Below, piece after piece: positions 27,614 through 37,000 of a stretch of 64,000 nt of DNA (position 1 is its first letter; the number at the start of each line of letters is the position of its first letter). The position numbers and the translations under genes are program-made. The notes under the pieces were generated by a model, which was not told the origin of the DNA, searched no databases, and saw nothing but the letters and a program-made list of their open reading frames with translations. Source of the DNA: a virus; IMG/VR virus record IMGVR_UViG_3300008116_000011, positions 96,001 through 160,000 of that record; one strand, given 5' to 3'.

Positions 27614-29944
27614 TTATGGTAAATTGGTACCAAACATCATTTGAGCTGTGCCTACTTGTTGAATATCAACACCAGCTACAAGTTTCTTATTGACAAATTT
27701 ACCAGTATTTTCTCTAGTAGCACGCAGTTCATTACGCATATCTGTAAATAGTTTTATCATTTCTGAATTGTCTTGGGCAGCGGCCGTTTGTCTATTAGAA
27801 TTACTAATAATATCTTGTAGATCACTTAATGGAGCAATAACTTCAGGATTGTTTGCAGCACCAGAATATTCACCAACAATAGCGTTTGTTTTCCCATATA
27901 CTAAACCACCATTTGCAAATTCAGTAGCATCTTCAGCATTATTCATAGCAGAAGCAATTACACCTACAGCAGTTGCTAAAGCAGCTACTCCTAAAATTAA
28001 GTTTACTGGGTTTAAAAAAGCACTAGTGGCTGCTCCTGCTATTGCTGCTACTCTTAATTGGGCACTCATTAGAGCAATACTACTAACAGTTCTAGCTAGT
28101 GAAAGACCAGCTATTGCTGTTAATACTCCATATAAAACCCCAGTATTACTAGCTATAGAAGCTATAATATCAGCCATTGTTCCTAAAGGACCACCAACAA
28201 GTCTAGCAACAATATCTTGCATTTTTTCCATTGCAAGATTAAATCTATCTTGTGCATTTATTGCTTCTAATCTTTTAGCTACCTCATCACCAGCCAATGC
28301 CCTAACTTCTTCTGTTGATTTATTTAAGTATTGTTGTTTTAATAATTGATCAGATAGTGTATCTGATGTTGTTCCTAAAGCAGCTGCTATTTTATCTTGA
28401 GCAATAACATTCATGTTAGAAAACTTATTAAAATCAATATTTTGATTATTAAGTTCTTTCATTACTGTTGTCATATCACCCATTAAAGCTGCTGTTCTAG
28501 CTCTTTCTAGGTTTAATTGTTGACCAGTTAATAACTCAGCTTGTAATTCATTTTCAATTGATGTTTCAAAATCAAGTAAAGCAGATGCTTGTTTTCTTGT
28601 ATTATCAAGAGTAGTACCTAATAATTTAGCTTGTGCTACCGCTTGTGTTAAGGCAGGAACACTACCTTTAAACATTGCTAAGGTTTGCCCAGATATTTTA
28701 CCTACTTCTTCAAGTACTTCTTTTTGATTTAACTGAATACCATATTGTGAAGATAAATTTTGTGTTGTTTCAAAAGCAATGTTTTTAGATTCTTTTAATG
28801 TTTTACCAGATGCAATAGAAAGTTTTGCTAAACCACCAGCTGCTTCTTCACTTAATCCAATTTGTTTAGTTAATAGAACAAATTGAGAATTTAAGTCATC
28901 TGTAAATTTAGAAGAAAATCCTAATTGTTCACCTAATTTAGCATTAGCTTCTACTAAACGATTAGTATTAAGAGCAACATTTCCTGATTCAACAGCCATT
29001 CTATTGAATTCCTGTCTTACAGTATATGCTTCTTCTCTACTTAATACTAAATTCTTTTGTAATCTAGTTACTTGATCTGAAACTTCTAATGCTACTTTTT
29101 TTAGGTAAGTAAAAATAGTAGTTAAAGATAATGTATTGTGGATATTATCTTTTATTCTTTTTCCTATACCCTCAATTTCATCTTTAAACTTTTTAGCACT
29201 ACTATTTTGTTCTTTTAAAGCTCCAGATAAAGCTTCATTTTTTAAAATTTGTTCCTCTATTAGTTTTAATAATTCTCTATAAAAATCAACTATTTTATCT
29301 GTTTCTTCTTTTTCTTTCTTTTTTTGAATTAAATTCTTTTCATTTAAAGATTGAGTTTTTTCTATAGTATTTATAGAAATATTATTATCTTTTATTCTTT
29401 CTCTAAGTGATTCTTGTTGTGCTTTAGCAAAATCTTTTTGTGTTGTGTTATTAGCATTGTTATAAGCTTCAGTTGCTCTTTCTAACTGTTGTGTTAAATC
29501 AAGTTGATCTTCTAATCGCTCAGTATAACGTGCTCTTATAGCTATTCCTTCGTCTTCTAATTTTTTTACATCCTCTTGTAATTTACTTTGAAGAGATTTA
29601 GCTTGGTTTATTTTGCTATTTTCGTTTTGTTCTTCTTTAGCATATTCGTTTTTTAAACGAGCAAGTGTCTCTAATTGTTTATCAATGTCTATTTGCTTTA
29701 ATTTTCCTGCATATAGCTTATCTGATAGTTTAAGAGTATTAGTAAGTGCTCTGCCTATTTCTTTAGTGCCATCTATTAATTTTCTATCTTCTACATTAAC
29801 TCCTCCTAATCTTTTAGCAAAAGTTTGAATATTATCAGAAAGTACCCTAGATAAACTAATGGATTCTCTAAGAGAATCATTGTACTCAGCTAATCGTTCT
29901 TGAGCACTTCTTATATCTTTTTCATTAGGTGTATTATCAGCCAT
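27614..29944 (-). CDS. Tape measure protein
   Basis: Long helical Ala/Leu/Gln/Glu-rich protein with hydrophobic segments and FANGG..VGE..PEVIAPL; position after tube and chaperone. Confidence 0.8.
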   Translation of the reverse strand: MADNTPNEKDIRSAQERLAEYNDSLRESISLSRVLSDNIQTFAKRLGGVNVEDRKLIDGTKEIGRALTNTLKLSDKLYAGKLKQIDIDKQLETLARLKNEYAKEEQNENSKINQAKSLQSKLQEDVKKLEDEGIAIRARYTERLEDQLDLTQQLERATEAYNNANNTTQKDFAKAQQESLRERIKDNNISINTIEKTQSLNEKNLIQKKKEKEETDKIVDFYRELLKLIEEQILKNEALSGALKEQNSSAKKFKDEIEGIGKRIKDNIHNTLSLTTIFTYLKKVALEVSDQVTRLQKNLVLSREEAYTVRQEFNRMAVESGNVALNTNRLVEANAKLGEQLGFSSKFTDDLNSQFVLLTKQIGLSEEAAGGLAKLSIASGKTLKESKNIAFETTQNLSSQYGIQLNQKEVLEEVGKISGQTLAMFKGSVPALTQAVAQAKLLGTTLDNTRKQASALLDFETSIENELQAELLTGQQLNLERARTAALMGDMTTVMKELNNQNIDFNKFSNMNVIAQDKIAAALGTTSDTLSDQLLKQQYLNKSTEEVRALAGDEVAKRLEAINAQDRFNLAMEKMQDIVARLVGGPLGTMADIIASIASNTGVLYGVLTAIAGLSLARTVSSIALMSAQLRVAAIAGAATSAFLNPVNLILGVAALATAVGVIASAMNNAEDATEFANGGLVYGKTNAIVGEYSGAANNPEVIAPLSDLQDIISNSNRQTAAAQDNSEMIKLFTDMRNELRATRENTGKFVNKKLVAGVDIQQVGTAQMMFGTNLP

Positions 29945-29969
29945 AGTAAAATATTACCAATATAAATAT

Positions 29970-29997
29970 AAAAGCGCCTTATTTTTTAGGCGCTTTT
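29970..29997 (-). terminator. Probable intrinsic terminator
   Basis: AAAAGCGCCT / AGGCGCTTTT stem overlapping the stop of the frameshifted ORF. Confidence 0.6.
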
Positions 29998-30245
29998 GCT
30001 GTGTATGTTGGTTTTATATTAGGTTTTGCTGTTTGAGCTGTTTTGGATTTTAGTGATTTTTGTTGTTTTTCTTGGTCTTTTGCTTGTTTTTCATAATGTT
30101 CTCGTAATTGTCTATAAATAAAATCACGATATCTTATAGGTAAGCTATAAACAGTATCCCAATCGTAACCACCATTTCCGAAAAATACAATTTCATGTAT
30201 TCTAGAGAATAGGTATTCCCTATATTTAGGATTCAGGCCAAAAAA
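29979..30245 (-). CDS. Start-less ORF, probable frameshift extension of the tail assembly chaperone
   Basis: FFGLNPKYREYLFSRIHEIVFFGNGGYDWDTVYSLPIRYRDFIYRQLREHYEKQ...APKK*; contains no ATG, GTG or TTG codon. Confidence 0.7.
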   Translation of the reverse strand, partial: FFGLNPKYREYLFSRIHEIVFFGNGGYDWDTVYSLPIRYRDFIYRQLREHYEKQAKDQEKQQKSLKSKTAQTAKPNIKPTYTAKAPKK

Positions 30246-30981
30246 AGTTAATATTAATAGGAATAATTACGCCCTCCTGTACGTAACCATCCTTATTAAT
30301 CGTAATTTCAGTATTAATATCTGGAGATAGTTGACTGTAGTATTTTTTAAATGCTCTAGAATCGGGAACAAGTAAGTAGTTGTCTACAAAATCACGTATA
30401 GATGCTTGATCGGCTTTACCATTAATAGAAGTAATCATGTGCTTCAAACGAGTAGTATTTTCAAAAGCACCATTAGGATCAATTTTTTCTAAACCTTTAA
30501 TTTCAGCATCAATTGCTTTTTCATCTTTACCTGTTAGTAATTTGAATGTAACAACATTTTCTGATTGAGGTAAGGTAAATTTAAATTCATTTTTGCCTTT
30601 TTCAAATAATGATTCGTTAATTTCTTTTTCTTTTAATGTAGTTAAATCAACAGTATAATCTTCATCTTTACCAGTTGATTCATTTCTAAATCTAAAAGAA
30701 TATTCCTTACCATATCCTAAAATACGAGCAGCAAATAAAATTGCATTTTTATCACCTACAATCAATTCATCAATGTCAATTGGTGTAACAATTAATGATT
30801 TTAGCAATTTATCAATTGCCGTACCTTGTTTGATAAAGTTAATATTAGTTAATATGTCTTCATCTTTAGCAGACATATAACGCATTTCAATTTCGCCTTT
30901 AGATAATAGTGATGTTTCAGGATATACAAGACCTTTTGAAGGTAATGAAACCGTTTCTGTTGGAATTTTTAATTCAGCCAT
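30226..30981 (-). CDS. Baseplate hub / tail assembly chaperone (T4 gp26-like)
   Basis: LPSKG, MSAKDEDIL, GDKNAILFAARI; between tube and tape measure. Confidence 0.75.
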   Translation of the reverse strand: MAELKIPTETVSLPSKGLVYPETSLLSKGEIEMRYMSAKDEDILTNINFIKQGTAIDKLLKSLIVTPIDIDELIVGDKNAILFAARILGYGKEYSFRFRNESTGKDEDYTVDLTTLKEKEINESLFEKGKNEFKFTLPQSENVVTFKLLTGKDEKAIDAEIKGLEKIDPNGAFENTTRLKHMITSINGKADQASIRDFVDNYLLVPDSRAFKKYYSQLSPDINTEITINKDGYVQEGVIIPININFFWPES

Positions 30982-31030
30982 AAACTAATTTGTTTTATAT
31001 ATATAAATATAAACACTTTAAATTTTTAGC

Positions 31031-31058
31031 AAAAAGAAACCCGGTATTTCTACCGGGT
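31031..31058 (-). terminator. Intrinsic terminator after the tube operon
   Basis: ACCCGGTA-GAAA-TACCGGGT followed by TTCTTTTT on minus. Confidence 0.75.
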
Positions 31059-31095
31059 CCTTCCTCCAACGAGTGATTACACCATTATCACCCAA

Positions 31096-31356
31096 TTATT
31101 TATTAGAAGCAGATACTTCTTCTTTCAAGGCTTTAAAAGCTTCAGCTAATTTTTTATACTTAGATTTAGCTGCTTTTTCACCAGCAGCGTATCCAGCACC
31201 GTATACTTCCTCTTCACCTTTATCTTTAGCTACTTTACCTTTTACACCTTTATCAACGCGTTTAAATTCGTCGTCGCCTTTGCTTTTCTTTTTTCTTTCT
31301 TCTAGTACTTCAGAAATGCATTCTTGCACTAATGATTGTAGATCTTGTTTTTTCAT
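31096..31356 (-). CDS. Small charged protein with LQSLVQECISEVLEE leader
   Basis: Lys/Glu-rich; resembles motifs in head proteins. Confidence 0.6.
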   Translation of the reverse strand: MKKQDLQSLVQECISEVLEERKKKSKGDDEFKRVDKGVKGKVAKDKGEEEVYGAGYAAGEKAAKSKYKKLAEAFKALKEEVSASNK

Positions 31357-31362
31357 TGATAA

Positions 31363-31854
31363 TTAGTAGTTTAAGATGCAATAATCCATTCCAACACTCA
31401 TAGTAAGGTTGATAGCTTCAGTATAAGTAGACCAATCATAATCGTCAAAGTTTGCAGTCTTAATGAAAGCACCTTTAACAATCCATTCTGATACTACGTC
31501 ACCTACTGGGCCTAAGCCATTGAATGTTAAATCTTTCTTATAGAAGTCAGAATAACCAGCGCGGCCAGTTACTGATTCGTATGCTAAACGAGCCCATTCC
31601 ATTACAGCTTGAGCACCGCTTGGAGCGATTGGATCAAATAAGGTGAAAGTCATATCACCCCAAAGTCTTTTACCGCTACGAATTTTTCTATAAGTGTTAA
31701 TATGATCTAATATAATCTCACCATCATCGAATGTTACGGCACTTACTCCTTTAACAATATATGATGGGATACCGTCTATATACATTATGAACCTATTAGG
31801 AACTTTAGGTTCATATTGTGTAAACATAATTTCGTTTGCGTCTAATACAGGCAT
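31363..31854 (-). CDS. Tail tube protein (gp19-like)
   Basis: EPKVPNRF, WGDMTFTLFDPI, YKKD, GPVG..EW..KGAF; follows the sheath. Confidence 0.9.
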   Translation of the reverse strand: MPVLDANEIMFTQYEPKVPNRFIMYIDGIPSYIVKGVSAVTFDDGEIILDHINTYRKIRSGKRLWGDMTFTLFDPIAPSGAQAVMEWARLAYESVTGRAGYSDFYKKDLTFNGLGPVGDVVSEWIVKGAFIKTANFDDYDWSTYTEAINLTMSVGMDYCILNY

Positions 31855-31893
31855 GTTATGTTGTGTTTAATATTTGTTTATTATAAATATTTT

Positions 31894-33663
31894 TTAAGCT
31901 GGGAATTCAACACCTGTTGGTAAGATTGTGAAATCTAAGATGACAAATTCTGCAGTTTTAGTTGGCTGGATATAAATCTGGCCAATTAATTGGTTACGAT
32001 CCACAACATCTGGTGTGTTGTTAGATTCATCCATTACTACCTTGTATGCGTATAAACCTTGTTTTTGTACTACGTTATCAAGGTAAGGATTAACTTGGTT
32101 TAAGAATCTATTTCTTGTAGCAGCTGTATTTTGTTCAAATACTAAACTACGACCAACAGCACCGATATAATTCTTTAATGAGATTAACAAACGTCTTACA
32201 TTTACTCTATCAAGAGCAGTTGCTTTTTGTTGTAATGTCTTTTGACCAAATACTACAACACCTTCACCAGGGAATGTAGCTAATGGGTTTACATTATCTT
32301 GATATAAAGTATTTCTATCGTTTAATGATAATTTTCTTTCTACTTTAATCACATTTGGAATACCACCACGAGTAATACCTGCAGGAGCAAACCAAGGAGC
32401 ACTTACTTCATCAGTAAAGGCAAACACACCACCCATTAATACAGAGGCAGGAACCCATACTAATTTACCCATTGGTGCACTAAATACTTGACACCATGGC
32501 CAATAAGTAGCACCATAGCTGGAATTAGAAGCATTAGCAGCTGTAGCAGCTGTTACAATATTACTACCGTAAGGTACTGGGTCAACTACTGCTAAAGCAT
32601 CAGCTCTACCTTCACATAAAGCAATTGGATCAGCATTATTAGCTCCTAAGTTAATAGCAGCGTTACCACCGGCTAAGAACAAACCTGGAGTTAATAATAA
32701 ATTAAACATGTATTCGTCTGTGTTGCTTAACAAGTTTAAAGCAGGAGCATAATCAGAGGTTGTAAATCCTTGAGCATTAGTTACACCACTAATAATGTTT
32801 TCAAACATGTTTTTAGATAAACTAGTATCTACAATACCACCATTGAAAGCACCATTTACAGAGCCACTTCCAAGAGCTGGTAAGCTAGAGCTATAATCTC
32901 CTGCTTGGTAGAAGCCATTATTATTGAATGTGTTATATTGTGCTTGAGGAACAGTAGCTACTCTAATGTATCTAGATGCATTAGGAAAATCACCATTGTA
33001 TTCAATATATCCTTGACCATCTGCAGCTGAGTATGTGTAAACAGGTTTGGTATCACCAATTACACGACCAATGTAGTTAGGTTGGTTAACATCCATAGAC
33101 AAGTTAGTCCATGTTTCAAGAATATTCTTTTGAGCGTTATTATCATCACCACTTCTAACTAATAAGGTAAATGTACCTTGAGTATAGTTAACATTACTAA
33201 CTTCCCAACGAACGTTTTGAGCACTACCACTTGGTAAAGCACCTGATACTACAGTACCACCTTCGTTGTTCATTTGAGCACCCCAAGCTAAAGTTTCAAG
33301 GGTAAAGCTAGTTGCTAAAGCACCACTTGAAGGAACACTTGCTGATGCAAAGCTAGATAATGCTGCACTACCTGTCCCAGCGTGTGTAATTCTGGTTACT
33401 AACATGGTGTTACCACCATTTTCAAAGTAGTTTCTTGCAGCAATAGATGTGAAATATTCTGCTACTCCGCTAGTTCCATTTTCAAAAGTAGTACCAAATT
33501 TAGCAATATAATCACTATAAGAGGTAACAATAGTAGGTACATAAGGAACGCCATTTACAGTTGGACCTACAATAGCGGCGCCAACCACAACAGGACCTTG
33601 TGATACTGCACTCTGGTCATTTTCATTGGTATATACACCAGGGGAGATAATTGCTTCTGCCAT
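31894..33663 (-). CDS. Tail sheath protein (gp18-like)
   Basis: SPGVY, WFAPAG..RG, GQKTL, RVNVRRL, FEQN, PTKTAEF. Confidence 0.95.
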   Translation of the reverse strand: MAEAIISPGVYTNENDQSAVSQGPVVVGAAIVGPTVNGVPYVPTIVTSYSDYIAKFGTTFENGTSGVAEYFTSIAARNYFENGGNTMLVTRITHAGTGSAALSSFASASVPSSGALATSFTLETLAWGAQMNNEGGTVVSGALPSGSAQNVRWEVSNVNYTQGTFTLLVRSGDDNNAQKNILETWTNLSMDVNQPNYIGRVIGDTKPVYTYSAADGQGYIEYNGDFPNASRYIRVATVPQAQYNTFNNNGFYQAGDYSSSLPALGSGSVNGAFNGGIVDTSLSKNMFENIISGVTNAQGFTTSDYAPALNLLSNTDEYMFNLLLTPGLFLAGGNAAINLGANNADPIALCEGRADALAVVDPVPYGSNIVTAATAANASNSSYGATYWPWCQVFSAPMGKLVWVPASVLMGGVFAFTDEVSAPWFAPAGITRGGIPNVIKVERKLSLNDRNTLYQDNVNPLATFPGEGVVVFGQKTLQQKATALDRVNVRRLLISLKNYIGAVGRSLVFEQNTAATRNRFLNQVNPYLDNVVQKQGLYAYKVVMDESNNTPDVVDRNQLIGQIYIQPTKTAEFVILDFTILPTGVEFPA

Positions 33664-33739
33664 TTTGTATTTTTATTTAATTTTGATAGGTTTTGTCTAG
33701 CTATAAATATTCTAAAACCATTACAAAACTAAATTAGGG

Positions 33740-34018
33740 TTATTTAAGTTCGCCAGTTTCTAAATCTACTGTTTTCATTCCGTATTTATCACCTAATTGA
33801 GCACTAAGTGATGCTTGTTTTTCAGAAAGAACATCAATATGTGCTAATAGATCAATACGTTCGCCATTGAGTTCATCAAGTCTTTTTTTAAGTCTATTAA
33901 GTTCAACATCTAGTGTACCAAGATCGTATACTGCTTTTTGAGAACCCTCATATACGTCTTTAAATTCTTTAAGTTCTTCTGCTGTTAGTTTTTGTCCGTT
34001 TTTTGATTGTTTAATCAT
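33740..34018 (-). CDS. Small coiled-coil protein (possible fibre chaperone)
   Basis: Heptad-rich, C-terminal KYG..VDLETGE; promoter at 34041-34072. Confidence 0.6.
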   Translation of the reverse strand: MIKQSKNGQKLTAEELKEFKDVYEGSQKAVYDLGTLDVELNRLKKRLDELNGERIDLLAHIDVLSEKQASLSAQLGDKYGMKTVDLETGELK

Positions 34019-34040
34019 AACTTTGAGTTTTTATTTGTTA

Positions 34041-34072
34041 TAAATATAATATTTCTTTTTTACATATCCAAA
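34041..34072 (-). promoter_or_regulatory. Promoter TTTGG-N19-TATATTTA
   Basis: Exact motif and spacing. Confidence 0.65.
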
Positions 34073-34078
34073 TTTATG

Positions 34079-37000
34079 TTATGGATTTTGATATCTAACC
34101 CATACGGCACCTTGAGCTCCTGTACAACCTGCTCCTGCAGAGTCATCATCTCTTGCTCCACCACCAGCACCATATATACCACCAGCTCCTTGAGTACCGT
34201 TGTTTCCACCTGTACCTCCAGTACCTACAGCGTTTAATGCTCCTCCAGTACCATTAGTTCCTGCTGCTGTTGCAAACCGTACACCACCACCGCCATATCC
34301 TTGACCACTAGTTGTTGCACCACCACCGCCGCCACCACCGCCAGCTCCATTAGCACCTGCACCACCATTACCACCATTACCACCATTACCAGAATAACCT
34401 CCTGCACCACCACCTCCACCTCCGGAGTTATTATCTGTAGCTCCACCACCACTACCACCATTACCACCACCACTAGTTAGTACAGATCCAGCGTCTATAG
34501 TATAAGTACCTCCTGCTCTTGCAGCTGTAGTACGTTCTACTCCTCCTAAACCTCCAGTAGCATTAATAATAGTTGTAGCTCCACGTTTTAATTGAGAGAA
34601 TCCACCTGCAGTACCGTTACCACCATTAGTAGAAGTACCTCCATTACCAACGATAATAGTTAATGATTCACTTGGGGTTACAGTAAGTGTAGCCCATCCT
34701 AAGGCTCCACCACCACCACCTGTATTACCTTGGTTACGGTTACCATCGGATCCGGCACCACCACCACCACCACCAACACACACAACATAAAGTTCTGTTA
34801 CTCCTGTTGGAACTGTAAAGCTAGAGCTTCCTACAGTTGTAAATGATTGAGTAGTAAATGTAGGTGCTCCACCACCACCAGATGGAGTTATTGTACGTGT
34901 AGGTGTTGCAGTTGGTGTAATTGTCCGTGTTGGGGTGATAGTCTGTGTAGGTGTAATTGTCCGTGTTGGAGTAATACTAGGTGTAATAGTAGCACTTGGT
35001 GTAATTGTTCTTGTTGGTGTAATCGTAACTGTTGGTGTAATTGTTGGTGTGATTGTAGCTGTTGGAGTAGGAGTAGCTCCAACACAAGATCCTTCAGTAA
35101 TAGTAGGTACAGGAGTAGCTCCATTAATAGCAGTCCATGTAGTTACTTGCCAAGGATATTGAACCTGATCACTACTAGCATAATATAAAGTAAGTGGAAC
35201 ATCTTTATCCCTTATTTGCCAGTTACTTACTTGATTATTAAAATATACTCTATAAAGTCCATTAGCACTTTCATAAGTTTGGAATCCAAGATATGTGTAT
35301 GTTCCATTAAGTGCTGTTGTTCCTGCTCCAGCAACGCAAGCTGGGTTGGTATTTTCTGATGATGGAGTAGGTGTAGCTGTTCTAGTAGGTGTTGCTGTTG
35401 GAGTTATAGTAGCAGTTGGAGTAATTGTTCTTGTTGGAGTAATTGTTGGTGTTACTGTAGCTGTTGGAGTAGGACTTGGAGATACACAAGCTCCTTCAGT
35501 AACAGTAGGTACTGGAGCACTACAACATCCTACCTGCCATGTTGTAACTTGCCATGGATATTCTACATTATCTGTAGAGAAGTAATACACAAGTACAAAT
35601 CCAGTTGAATATATTTCCCATTGTGTACCAGTCCAATAAATAATTACATCCTCAGGGAATGTTTTACCATTACCATATCGTGGTCTATTATTTAATAAAA
35701 ATCCAGAGTAAGTATAAGTACCATTTCCACCAGTAGTTCCTCCACCAGCAACACACACTGGGTTAGTATTAATTGCAGATGGAGTAATTGAAGGTGTTAT
35801 GGTAACAGTTCTTGTTGGGGTAACTGTTCTTGTTGGTGTAATTGTTGCTGTTGGTGTAATAGTCCGTGTAGCAGTAATAGAAGGTGTTATAGTCTGAGTT
35901 GGTGTAATTGTTCTAGTTGGGGTAATACTTGGAGTAATTGTTGCACTAGGTGTAATTGTCCTTGTAGGTGTAATTGTTGGTGTTATACTTGCTGTAGGAG
36001 TAACAGTCCGAGTAGCAGTAATACTAGGTGTAATAGTAGCTGTAGGAGTTACAGTTCGAGTAGCAGTAATTGATGGTGTAATAGTAGCAGTTGGAGTAAT
36101 AGTTGAGCTAGGAGTTACTGTAGGAGAAGCAGTTATTGATGGAGTAATAGTAACAGATGGAGTAATAGTCCTTGTTGGTGTTATTGAAGGTGTAACAGTT
36201 ACTGTAGGTGTTATAGTGCTAGATGGAGTAACAGTAGGAGAGGCTGTTATACTTGGTGTAATAGTAGCACTTGGAGTAACAGTACTAGAAGGAGTTACTG
36301 TTGGAGATGAGGTTATTGATGGTGTAATAGTGACAGTTGGTGTTACAGTTCTTGTTGGTGTAATCGACGGAGTAATTGTAACAGATGGTGTTACTGTCGA
36401 ACTAGGTGTTACAGTAGGTGATGCAGTTATAGATGGAGTTATAGTAACTGTAGGAGTAACAGTCCGAGTAGCAGTTATACTTGGAGTTATTGTTACCGTT
36501 GGCGTAATTGTGCTAGAAGGAGTTACTGTTGGTGATGCCGTAATACTCGGAGTAATTGTTACAGTTGGAGTAATTGTTCTTGTAGGTGTTATAGAGGGCG
36601 TAATAGTGACAGTTGGTGTTACAGTAGCACTTGGAGTAATAGTTTGAGTTGGTGTTATTGAAGGTGTAATTGTTGATGTTGGCGTAACAGTTCGAGTAGC
36701 AGTTATTGTTGGTGTAATAGTTACACTAGGAGTTACAGTTACTGAAGGAGTTATAGTGCTTGAAGGTGTAATTGTTGGAGTAGCAGTTATTGATGGTGTT
36801 ATAGATGCAGTTGGTGTAACCGTTCTAGTAGGTGTAATACTAGGAGTAACAGTAACACTTGGAGTAATAGTTGAACTAGGAGTTACTGTCCGAGTTGGAG
36901 TTATAGTTGCTGTTATTGAAGGAGTTACAGTTACACTAGGAGTAACAGTTACAGATGGAGTAACTGTTCTAGTTGGTGTTATTGATGGTGTAATTGTAAC

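Noticed and set aside
27690-28349. 219-aa + strand ORF and the other + strand ORFs (e.g. 16103-16588, 50159-50689, 31073-31366)
   Set aside because: All lie antisense to well-supported minus-strand genes and have no recognisable motifs.
35083-35770. Diversity-generating retroelement TR/VR pair in the duplicated domain
   Set aside because: Both copies are in-frame coding, diverge at all base types with indels, and no reverse transcriptase is present in the window.
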